The notes under the pieces are model-generated. The model saw only the letters and a program-made list of their open reading frames with translations, made no database searches and was not told where the DNA came from. A stretch of 64,000 nucleotides of DNA from an uncultured Rhodospirillaceae bacterium (lineage in GTDB: Bacteria; Pseudomonadota; Alphaproteobacteria; Ferrovibrionales; Ferrovibrionaceae): positions 7,702 to 71,701 of the forward strand of contig CAYSCA010000002.1 in the NCBI GenBank assembly GCA_964429465.1, read 5' to 3'. Made by a program: the position numbers and the translations under genes. This document shows positions 39,749 through 47,287 of this stretch, piece by piece; within the stretch, counting starts at the first letter, position 1; the number at the start of each line of letters is the position of its first letter.

Positions 39749-41722
39749 TTGGCCGTATCGATTCAGAGTCTCGTACAGTCGGCTGCGCCGGGTTCCACCG
39801 TCATTGTCCCCACCGGCACCTATAATGTGTCCGGTCTCGTGCTGCCGGGGAATATCACCCTGAAGGCGGGCGGAAACGTCACGCTCACCGGCAGCATGAC
39901 TGTCGGCGGCAACAACACCACCGTCAGCGGATTCACCTTTTCCGGCGGCCCGCTCAACATCGGCAACACTACCGGCACGAAGGTCGAGAATTCCGATTTC
40001 GTCGGCGGCAGCCGTGCGATCAACCTCGACAACGCGCGTTCGGCGTCGATCGTCAACAACGAGTTTCACAAGGTGTCGGGCAACGTGATAGCCGGCTGGG
40101 GCCTCGACCAGTCGACCATCTCGGGCAACAAGTTCTATGATTCCTGGCAGCCCATTAACCTGAACTTCAATAACAACACCTCCCAGGGCCGGTACATCAA
40201 GATCGAGAACAACTATTTCACCGGCACGCAGCGCATGCCGATCGAGGTTGGGCCGAGCGAGGCCTATACCCTGAACATGGTCGTCCAGGGTAACTGGTCG
40301 GAGAACATGAACAACGCGGGGTCCGATCAGGGCTGGAGCACCGATGTCGCTTATTCCCTCGTGCAGGCCAATGGCGTGAACACGTTGATCAAGGGCAACT
40401 ACGCCAAGGGCATCGGCAGTGGTGTCGGCATCGAACTGAATGGTTCGGGTGAGATCACCGGCAACTACGTCGAGAATTTCTGGTACGGATCGATCGTGTA
40501 CGGCAAGGGCTTTAACGTTCACGACAACGCCTTTGTCGGCCAGTATATCGAAAGGGTGCTGAATTACGGCAACCAGTCCGGCACAGTTGCGAATAACCAG
40601 ACTTCGGGAAGCGGTTTCCCGATGCCGCAGAAGCCTGGCACCGTGTCGACTCCGACGCCGACCGAGCCCACCCAGCCCGATCCTGCCGACCCGGTGCCGC
40701 CGCCGAGCTCCGGTGAGGGCAGCGGCCATCCGGTGGTTGCCGGAGACGACAATTACAAGGTCGGAGTCAACCAGTCGCATTGGTTCAACACCAAATACCT
40801 GCTGCTGAACGATGTGGGCAAGGATGGCGGTCTCAAGGTTACCCAGGTTGACGCGAAGAGCGCGGCTGGCGGAACGGTTTCTTTCTCGAACGACGGCACG
40901 GTGAAATACACCCCGGTCAAGGACTGGCAGGGCAAGGATTCCATCGACTATACCGTCATCGACAAGGACGGCAGCAAGGATACCGGAACCGTCTTCATCC
41001 AGGTCGGTACCGGAACCTCGACGCCGAAGCCGACCGAGCCGGTGCCCACCGACCCGCCCAGCGGCGGCGGCTCGGGCCATCCGGTTGTCGCCGGCGACGA
41101 CAACTACAAGACCGGCGTCGATCAGAAATGGTACTTCAACACGAAGTACCTGTTGATGAACGACAAGGGCGCCGATGGCGGTCTGAAGGTTGCCGCCCTG
41201 GCCGCCAAGTCGGATGCCGGCGCCACCGTTACGCTCGACAGCAGCGGTACCGCCATCTACACCCCGCTGAAGGGCTGGCAGGGCAAGGATTCCATCGAGT
41301 ATACGCTGATGGACAAGGACGGCAGCACCGATACCGGAATCGTCTACATGCAGGTCGGCAACGGTACTACAACGCCGATGCCGACGGATCCGGCGCCGGC
41401 CAATCCGCCGCCGTCGAGCGGCAGCGGTAACCCGGTTGTCGTCGGTGACGATTTCCACAAGACCCAGGCCGGTCAGAAATATTACTTCAACAGCAAATAC
41501 CTGCTGATGAACGATACCGGCAAGGACGGCGGGCTGAAGGTCACCGATATCGATATCGCGACCGAAAAGGGCGGCAGCGTAAAGTGGGATGCCGGCTCCG
41601 GCACTGCCATCTACACGCCGAAGGCCGGCTTCACCGGCAAGGACGCGGTTGACTACACGGTCGCGGACAAGGATGGCAGCCATGATACCGGCACCATCCA
41701 CTTCGACGTGCTGCTCGCCTGA
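39749..41722 (+). CDS. secreted right-handed beta-helix protein (polysaccharide lyase/glycanase-like) with three C-terminal cadherin/Ig-like repeats
   Basis: TTG start after GAAGGAGAAG. No signal peptide. N-terminal PbH1-like repeats ('NNEFHKVSGNVIAGWGLDQSTISGNKF'). Three 117-aa repeats separated by P/T-rich linkers. Confidence 0.8.
   Translation: MAVSIQSLVQSAAPGSTVIVPTGTYNVSGLVLPGNITLKAGGNVTLTGSMTVGGNNTTVSGFTFSGGPLNIGNTTGTKVENSDFVGGSRAINLDNARSASIVNNEFHKVSGNVIAGWGLDQSTISGNKFYDSWQPINLNFNNNTSQGRYIKIENNYFTGTQRMPIEVGPSEAYTLNMVVQGNWSENMNNAGSDQGWSTDVAYSLVQANGVNTLIKGNYAKGIGSGVGIELNGSGEITGNYVENFWYGSIVYGKGFNVHDNAFVGQYIERVLNYGNQSGTVANNQTSGSGFPMPQKPGTVSTPTPTEPTQPDPADPVPPPSSGEGSGHPVVAGDDNYKVGVNQSHWFNTKYLLLNDVGKDGGLKVTQVDAKSAAGGTVSFSNDGTVKYTPVKDWQGKDSIDYTVIDKDGSKDTGTVFIQVGTGTSTPKPTEPVPTDPPSGGGSGHPVVAGDDNYKTGVDQKWYFNTKYLLMNDKGADGGLKVAALAAKSDAGATVTLDSSGTAIYTPLKGWQGKDSIEYTLMDKDGSTDTGIVYMQVGNGTTTPMPTDPAPANPPPSSGSGNPVVVGDDFHKTQAGQKYYFNSKYLLMNDTGKDGGLKVTDIDIATEKGGSVKWDAGSGTAIYTPKAGFTGKDAVDYTVADKDGSHDTGTIHFDVLLA
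40721..41719 (+). repeat. three tandem ~351-bp coding repeats
   Basis: Units start near 40721, 41072 and 41423 ('GSGHPVVAGDDNYK.GV.Q..(W)(Y)FNTKYLL(L/M)ND.G.DGGLKV...YTP.KGWQGKDSI(D/E)YT..DKDGS.DTG.V..QVG'). The third copy is more diverged. Confidence 0.85.
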
Positions 41723-41747
41723 TCCAGACTGCAACTCACGCCTCCCC

Positions 41748-41781
41748 GGCCGCCGGAGTAATCCGGCGGCCTTCTTTTTTC
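41748..41781 (+). terminator. intrinsic terminator
   Basis: 10-bp stem ggccgccgga / tccggcggcc, loop gtaa, followed by ttcttttttc. Lies 26 nt after the stop at 41722. Confidence 0.8.
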
Positions 41782-41827
41782 TCTGCACCCTCGAAGCGGC
41801 TGACGTTCCGGCGTCAGGCGCGTGACG

Positions 41828-42820
41828 TCAGCTGCCGCTGGAACGCCATCCCTCGCCACGCCCGCTCGCAATCGGGCGCAGGGCGGGTTTGTACTCCGGA
41901 TGGCGCGGAAGCCCGACAAGCGCGCCGGTCAGCCGCTGCCACTGGTGGCCGCGGGATATCGCCCGCTGCGCGACAGCATGAAGGCAGGCGCCGCGCTGCA
42001 CGATCGGCAAGCCGGCCGTAACAGCCACGCGGCAATAGGCGACAAGGAGCCGAAGCTGCTGCATGAAAATCGAGTCCCGTCGCCCCGAGAACCATGCCGC
42101 GCGATAGGCGCCTGAAACCTGCGCGCTGAACTGCTGGGCATGACAGCGGCGGAAGAAGAGCGTCTCCTGGCCCAGCCAGAAGCGGCCCAGCAGGCTCATC
42201 TGCGCGAGAAACACCTTGTCGGCTCCGCTGAACGAGCCCTGCGGCAGGGCGCGCAGCAGCGCCGAACGCCGCATCAGCCCGAAGATCTCGATGCACATGA
42301 ACATCTTCAGCATCACCGCGCTGAACCGGCGCACCGGATCGGTCGATTTCAGCTCGTTGTTCTGCTCGGGCAGTACCGGCCAGCAGACACCCATATGGTC
42401 GATGATGCCGCCGCGTTCAGGGCAATAGGGCAGGAGGGCACCAGCCTCGTCGATCAGCGCCGAGGCGGGCGATGCGAGTACGATGGACGGATCGGTTTCG
42501 AGGGCGTCGAGGCAGGTCTGCAGGAAGCCGGGCGCCAGCAGATCGTCATGGGCGGCCCATTTGAAGTAAGGGCTCTCGCTCATCTCCGCGACGATGTTGT
42601 AATTCGCGGCGGCGCCAATGTTGCGCGGCTGGCGAATGTAGCGGATGCGCCCGTCCCTGCGGGCATAGGCCTGACAGATATCGGCAGTGCCGTCGGACGA
42701 TGCATTGTCGGAAATCACCAGCTCGAAGTCGGGGTAGGTCTGTCCCAGGATCGATTCTATGGCAGCGGCCAGGTAATTGGCGCCATTATAGACAGGGAGC
42801 CCAACCGAGATTTTCTTCAT
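41828..42820 (-). CDS. glycosyltransferase family 2
   Basis: ATG 42818-42820 ('MKKISVGLPVYNGANYLAAAIESILGQTYPDFELVISDNASSDGT'). Confidence 0.85.
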   Translation of the reverse strand: MKKISVGLPVYNGANYLAAAIESILGQTYPDFELVISDNASSDGTADICQAYARRDGRIRYIRQPRNIGAAANYNIVAEMSESPYFKWAAHDDLLAPGFLQTCLDALETDPSIVLASPASALIDEAGALLPYCPERGGIIDHMGVCWPVLPEQNNELKSTDPVRRFSAVMLKMFMCIEIFGLMRRSALLRALPQGSFSGADKVFLAQMSLLGRFWLGQETLFFRRCHAQQFSAQVSGAYRAAWFSGRRDSIFMQQLRLLVAYCRVAVTAGLPIVQRGACLHAVAQRAISRGHQWQRLTGALVGLPRHPEYKPALRPIASGRGEGWRSSGS

Positions 42821-42876
42821 GCCAGCCGCCCTTGTTGAGCCCGATAATCCGGAACCGCCTTCGTGAAGGATCGCAG

Positions 42877-42932
42877 GACTCGATAACAAAAAGAAGTCGT
42901 TTTTTCGTCATTTTTTTCTTTTCTTTTTTTTG
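42877..42932. promoter_or_regulatory. (GAAAA)n-type tract element, copy 3 (T-rich on + strand)
   Basis: gactcgataacaaaaagaagtcgttttttcgtcaTTTTTTTCTTTTCTTTTTTTTg. Shares the 10-mer gactcgataa with copy 1. Lies between the divergent GT2 and GT4 genes. Confidence 0.55.
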
Positions 42933-42967
42933 CCGGTCTGGCATCGTTTTTCGCGACACGAGGAGGC

Positions 42968-44188
42968 ATGGCCTTGAAAATCCTGCTTTCCGCCTTTGCC
43001 TGCGAGCCGGACAGGGGGTCGGAATATGCGGTGGGCTGGAACTGGGCGCTGTCCCTTGTCCGCGCCGGTCACGAGGTCGTGATCCTGACCTGTTCCGAGG
43101 CTCGGCCGGCCATCGAGCGGACCGTGCAGCGGATGCAACTCGGCGTGCAGCTGCGGTGCGCCTTTTTCGACGTTCCGAAACCCTTCCGCTGGCAGGCCCG
43201 GGGGCCACTGCACCTGCATGCCGCCCTGTGGCAATGGCTGGCGGTTGATTTTGCCCGCGAGCTGCACGCGCGGGAGAAGTTCGACCGGGTCCATCATGTG
43301 ACCTATGCCGGGCTGCGCATTCCCAGCTTTATGGGCAGGCTCGGCATCCCTTTTGTATTCGGCCCCGTGGGCGGCGGGGAGCGGGCGCCGTGGCGGCTGC
43401 GCTGGGGCTACAGTCTCTACGGGCTGCTGCATGACGCCGCCCGCGATGCCGCCAATGTGCTGATCCGGTTCACGCCCTTCATGAGCGAGACATTCGCCCG
43501 GGCCGAACGCATCTACGTCACCTCCGCCGAGACATTGCATCTGCTGCCGCGCCGCTACCGCGACAAGGCACAGGTGGAACTGGCGATCGGCGCCGAGGAC
43601 CCGGAGGCGACGATCGGTTTGGCGGCCGCGCCGCGACGGCCGCAGCAGGATTGTTTCCGCGTGCTCTATGCCGGCCGCTTCGTCGACTACAAGGGCATGC
43701 ATCTGGGCCTGCCGGCCTTCGCCCATCTGGTGAGGGCGGTACCGTCGGCACGGCTGACCATGGCCGGCGACGGGCCGATGAAACGGCGCTGGCAGAAGCT
43801 GGCGGAGAATCTCAGCATCGCTGGCAACATCGACTGGCTGCCCTGGCAGGATCACCACGGGATGGCGCGACTCTATGCTGAGCACGATGTGCTGCTGTTC
43901 TCGGCCATGCACGATACGGGCGGCATGGTGATCCTCGAGGCCATGCATTACGGCCTGCCGGTCGTCTGCCTCAAGCTCGGCGGTCCGGCCGCCCTGGTGG
44001 ATGCCAGCTGCGGTTATGCGGTCGATACGACCGATAAAAGCGCGGAGCAGGTGATCGCCGAGATGGGAGACGCGCTGATCAGCCTTGCCCGCGAAACGAC
44101 GCGCCAGTCGCTTGCCCAAGGCGCGCGGCAGCGCTGCCAGGCATTCTCCTGGCGCGAGAAGGTCATCCGGGTCCATGGGCTGGCCTGA
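42968..44188 (+). CDS. glycosyltransferase family 4
   Basis: GAGGAGG RBS. 'MALKILLSAFACEPDRGSEYAVGWNW', 'GGMVILEAMHYGLPVVCLKLGGPAALVD'. Confidence 0.85.
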   Translation: MALKILLSAFACEPDRGSEYAVGWNWALSLVRAGHEVVILTCSEARPAIERTVQRMQLGVQLRCAFFDVPKPFRWQARGPLHLHAALWQWLAVDFARELHAREKFDRVHHVTYAGLRIPSFMGRLGIPFVFGPVGGGERAPWRLRWGYSLYGLLHDAARDAANVLIRFTPFMSETFARAERIYVTSAETLHLLPRRYRDKAQVELAIGAEDPEATIGLAAAPRRPQQDCFRVLYAGRFVDYKGMHLGLPAFAHLVRAVPSARLTMAGDGPMKRRWQKLAENLSIAGNIDWLPWQDHHGMARLYAEHDVLLFSAMHDTGGMVILEAMHYGLPVVCLKLGGPAALVDASCGYAVDTTDKSAEQVIAEMGDALISLARETTRQSLAQGARQRCQAFSWREKVIRVHGLA

Positions 44189-45564
44189 TGGGCACGGCGT
44201 TTGACCGGCTGAAAGTCTCGGCGCTGCTGATCCTGCTGGGCGGATACCTCATTCTGGGCTACGCCTTCATGCTGCTGCGGATTCCGCCGACCGGCTTCGG
44301 CATACCGCTAGGCGAAGTGCTGCTCGTTGTCGTTCTTGCCGGCATCAACCCGCGGCTGGCGCTGTCGCGCATGGGCGCCATCGTGATCCTGGCGCCCTTC
44401 CTGATCTGGTGGGGCTGGGGACTCGGCCGCCTGACCTTCGACGCGGCAGAACACGGCATCTGGGCCCTGCGCGATGCTACCCCGCTGATCGAATCCCTGT
44501 TCGTGATCGTAGGCTTCAGTCTGGCCGCCGATCCGCGCGCGACGCAGCGGTTGGTACGCTGGCTCCGACCGATCTTCATCCTGGCCTGCGGCTACAGCCT
44601 GCTGTTCGTCTTCGCCGACCAGATCGCCGCCATCTCGCCGACGATCTCCGGGGCCTCGGGTCAGGCCGTGCCGATCTTCGGCTCCTTTGCCACGGCCGGC
44701 ACGATGCTGCTCTGGGCCGCCTTCGCTTGCCTGATCGCGCCGGCCGACAGGCCCGGGAAGCGTCTGGCCCTGACACTCATCGCCGGCTTCCTGATCGCCT
44801 TCGCGCTGATCGTCCTGCAGAAGCGCACGACCTATCTGCAGCTCGCCTGTCTCGCGGCACTGCTGTTCTACATCCAGCCGCGCGCGCTCGGCCGCCTGGG
44901 CATTACGCTCCCGCTGCTGGGTCTCCTTCTCCTCGTCATCTCCGCCTTTGATTTCCGCATCTCCGGCCGGCTGACTTCACAGATTTCGCTGTCCTTTTTC
45001 GTGGATCATGTTCTGGCCATTGTCGGGATTGGTGCCGAAGGACACGGAAATGTCGCCGATGCGGCGGAAGGAGTATCATTGCGTCTGCATTGGTGGATTC
45101 GCATCTACGAGCAGCTGATGGCCGACCCGATCGCGCTGATCGGCGGACTGGGCTATGGCATCCCGCTGACCGATTTCCAGGACACGCTCGGCGTCACCGC
45201 CCGCGAGCCGCATAATTCCGTAATCTCAGTGGTGGCTCGGCTCGGCCTGATCGGCCTGGTGAGCTGGATCTGGATCCAGGTCGAATTCTTTCGCGCCGGC
45301 TTCCGGGCCTATTGGCAGCATCGACGCCAGGGCAGCCATGATACCGCGCGGCTCATCCTGCTCGTCATCGCCTTTGCCATCCTGATCCTCATCGGCTGCG
45401 TCGGCGAGGACAATATGGAGAAGCCGTTCTTCGCCATTCCTTTCTACGCTTTCTGGGGATTCGTACTGCGCATTGCGTACCAGTGGCGCAGTCAGGCCGC
45501 AGACCCGTATCCGGATCACCCGGCCGGAGAGGTGATGCGTGCCCCGCATTCGGGATATTCATGA
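44188..45564 (+). CDS. O-antigen ligase/polymerase family membrane protein (Wzy-like)
   Basis: 458-aa polytopic protein. Wzy_C-like 'REPHNSVISVVARLGLIGLVSW'. 1-nt overlap with the upstream stop. Confidence 0.75.
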   Translation: MGTAFDRLKVSALLILLGGYLILGYAFMLLRIPPTGFGIPLGEVLLVVVLAGINPRLALSRMGAIVILAPFLIWWGWGLGRLTFDAAEHGIWALRDATPLIESLFVIVGFSLAADPRATQRLVRWLRPIFILACGYSLLFVFADQIAAISPTISGASGQAVPIFGSFATAGTMLLWAAFACLIAPADRPGKRLALTLIAGFLIAFALIVLQKRTTYLQLACLAALLFYIQPRALGRLGITLPLLGLLLLVISAFDFRISGRLTSQISLSFFVDHVLAIVGIGAEGHGNVADAAEGVSLRLHWWIRIYEQLMADPIALIGGLGYGIPLTDFQDTLGVTAREPHNSVISVVARLGLIGLVSWIWIQVEFFRAGFRAYWQHRRQGSHDTARLILLVIAFAILILIGCVGEDNMEKPFFAIPFYAFWGFVLRIAYQWRSQAADPYPDHPAGEVMRAPHSGYS

Positions 45565-46613
45565 ACCCGCCTCGCGCTGCCCGAGTATTGGTCATCTTGG
45601 CCATCGCGATCTGCGGCGCTTCACCCGGATGCGCGACCGATAATGCGGGCAGGATCAAAGATGTGATCGGGCAGGCGGAGCGCGGCGCAGTTGTCTTTGT
45701 CCCCCCCGGCCGATACCAGATCTCCGATCTCGAAGTTCCGCCAAAGGTGACGCTCTACGCACCACAAGGTGCCACCCTCATCGGCAATTTGGTTGTACGC
45801 GGTCCCGGAACCGTGATCCGGGGCTTCACCCTGGAGGGCGGCCAGATCGACATTTCGAATTCACAGTCGGCCATCATCGGCGACTGCACCTTCCGGGGCG
45901 GCGAAACATCGATCAGGATCGACGGCGCGAGCGGCGCGCTGATCGTCAACAACACATTTCACGATGTCGCGGGCGGGGTCATCACCGGCTGGGGGTTGGA
46001 CCGCTCGACGATTTCCGGCAACCACTTCTCCGGCTGCGGACAGTGCATCAACCTGGCCTTCAATAATGATCGTGCCCGCGGCCGGGACATCGTGATCGAA
46101 CGGAATATATTCAAGCGTGTCGCTCGGATGCCGATCGAGGTGGGGCCGATCGGGGCTTACACGGAGAACCTGATTGTGCGTGACAACTGGGCGGAAGATT
46201 TCAGCAATCGCGGTCCCGATCCGGGTGAGACAATGTCGACCTTCGTCGCCTATTCGCTGGTGCCGACCAATGGCGTCAACACGGTGATCACCGGGAATTA
46301 CGCGGTGGCGGGCAGCCGCGGGCACGGCGATATCGGCATCGAACTGGCAGGATCAGGCGAGATAGCCAACAATCATGTCGAGGATTTCCGGTTCGGCGCG
46401 ATCGTCTACGGTGCCGACTTCCACGTCCATGACAATCTGTTCCTGAATACGACGGACGCGGTCGTGCTCAATTATGCCAAACAGCCCGGGCGGATCGACA
46501 CGGACGGGAATGGCCCGAAGATCGGTCTGCCGCCGGAGCGGCGCCGCTGGCCCTGCGGTCCTGCGACCGCGGCGCAGGAGCATGCCCGCCCGCCCGAATG
46601 GCCGTGTGACTGA
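45561..46613 (+). CDS. exported right-handed beta-helix protein, paralog of the N-terminal domain of the 39749-41722 product
   Basis: ATG 45561 in an ATGA overlap. Signal peptide 'MNPPRAARVLVILAIAICGASPGCA' (lipobox ambiguous). 'NNTFHDVAGGVITGWGLDRSTISGNHF...ARMPIEVGP' parallels 'NNEFHKVSGNVIAGWGLDQSTISGNKF...QRMPIEVGP'. Confidence 0.8.
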   Translation: MNPPRAARVLVILAIAICGASPGCATDNAGRIKDVIGQAERGAVVFVPPGRYQISDLEVPPKVTLYAPQGATLIGNLVVRGPGTVIRGFTLEGGQIDISNSQSAIIGDCTFRGGETSIRIDGASGALIVNNTFHDVAGGVITGWGLDRSTISGNHFSGCGQCINLAFNNDRARGRDIVIERNIFKRVARMPIEVGPIGAYTENLIVRDNWAEDFSNRGPDPGETMSTFVAYSLVPTNGVNTVITGNYAVAGSRGHGDIGIELAGSGEIANNHVEDFRFGAIVYGADFHVHDNLFLNTTDAVVLNYAKQPGRIDTDGNGPKIGLPPERRRWPCGPATAAQEHARPPEWPCD

Positions 46614-46660
46614 ATGCGCTCCCGCTCTGTCTCTCCTGTGCCGCGCGGACGTAACGGCTG

Positions 46661-47242
46661 ATGGTCGAGGCCTTCTTCGCGAGACTGACCCATCTTGGGG
46701 ATCCGCTCCTGCTGCTATTATGCGGCTTCGGCGTGTTCTTCTACCTGTGGAGCGCCAATGACAGACACGAGCTCGCGCGCAGCTGGGCCGTGGCGTTCGG
46801 CATCTGTCTGCTGCTAACCGTCGCCGGCAAGTTTGTCCTTCACCTTCTGCGCTGGAACGAGGGGACGGCTCTGCGGCTGCTGAGCCCGAGCGGTCATGTG
46901 GCGATCGGCACCGGCTTCTACGGCATCTGCGCCATGATCATCGCCTCGCAGCACGGCTGGGCTGCGCGTGTACTGGTCTGGACCGGTACGGCCCTGCTGC
47001 TGGGCCTGATCGCGGCCAGCCGCCTGGCGCTCGGACTGCATACGGTGCCGGAGATCGTCCTCGCCTTTGCGATCGGTGGTGCGTCGCTTGCCGTCTTCGC
47101 GGTCCATTCCCGCAATCTGCGCCCAATCCGATTCAGTTCCGGCCATCTGGTGGCGCTGATTGTCCTGATCGGGGTCGCTTATGCCATGCCGCGCGTCAGC
47201 GGCGAGGCCCTGGTTCTCCGCATCGTCCGCAGTCTGGATTGA
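46661..47242 (+). CDS. PAP2-family phosphatase-like membrane protein
   Basis: 193 aa, multi-TM. 'SPSGH' (C2) and 'SRLALGLHTVPE' (C3-like, with E in place of the usual D). Confidence 0.6.
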   Translation: MVEAFFARLTHLGDPLLLLLCGFGVFFYLWSANDRHELARSWAVAFGICLLLTVAGKFVLHLLRWNEGTALRLLSPSGHVAIGTGFYGICAMIIASQHGWAARVLVWTGTALLLGLIAASRLALGLHTVPEIVLAFAIGGASLAVFAVHSRNLRPIRFSSGHLVALIVLIGVAYAMPRVSGEALVLRIVRSLD

Positions 47243-47256
47243 CCGGGAGCCGATTG

Positions 47257-47276
47257 CCGGGGCGCTTCGGCCCCGG
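47257..47276. terminator. hairpin between convergent genes (possible terminator)
   Basis: ccggggc-gcttcg-gccccgg. Weak T content downstream (gatttccgcttt). Confidence 0.35.
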
Positions 47277-47287
47277 GATTTCCGCTT

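Noticed and set aside
40721-41719. Possible CRISPR-like or non-coding repeat array
   Set aside because: The repeats are 351 bp long and directly abutting, with no unique spacers. They are in frame within a long ORF and encode a recognisable protein domain. No short repeat/spacer array exists anywhere in the window.
39554-41788. 744-aa minus-strand ORF opposite the beta-helix/cadherin-repeat gene
   Set aside because: It is antisense to a gene with strong domain signatures, an RBS and a terminator. Its own translation is low-complexity (V/D/G/R-rich) and merely mirrors the repeat structure. The same reasoning applies to the other long antisense ORFs: 4917-6362, 7944-8903, 10102-11862, 12293-13363, 13511-14827, 14996-15934, 17232-18158, 19929-21362, 21965-23251, 32090-33073, 42908-44176, 48499-49506, 50371-51543, 51828-52871, 55186-55992, 57091-58209, 59851-60765, 61515-62459 and 62564-63655.
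23483-47280. Integrative element or prophage inserted at tRNA-Arg
   Set aside because: No integrase, excisionase, transposase or phage structural gene is present. I could not find a direct repeat of the tRNA 3' end at the far boundary by eye. It is kept only as a low-confidence composition-based observation.
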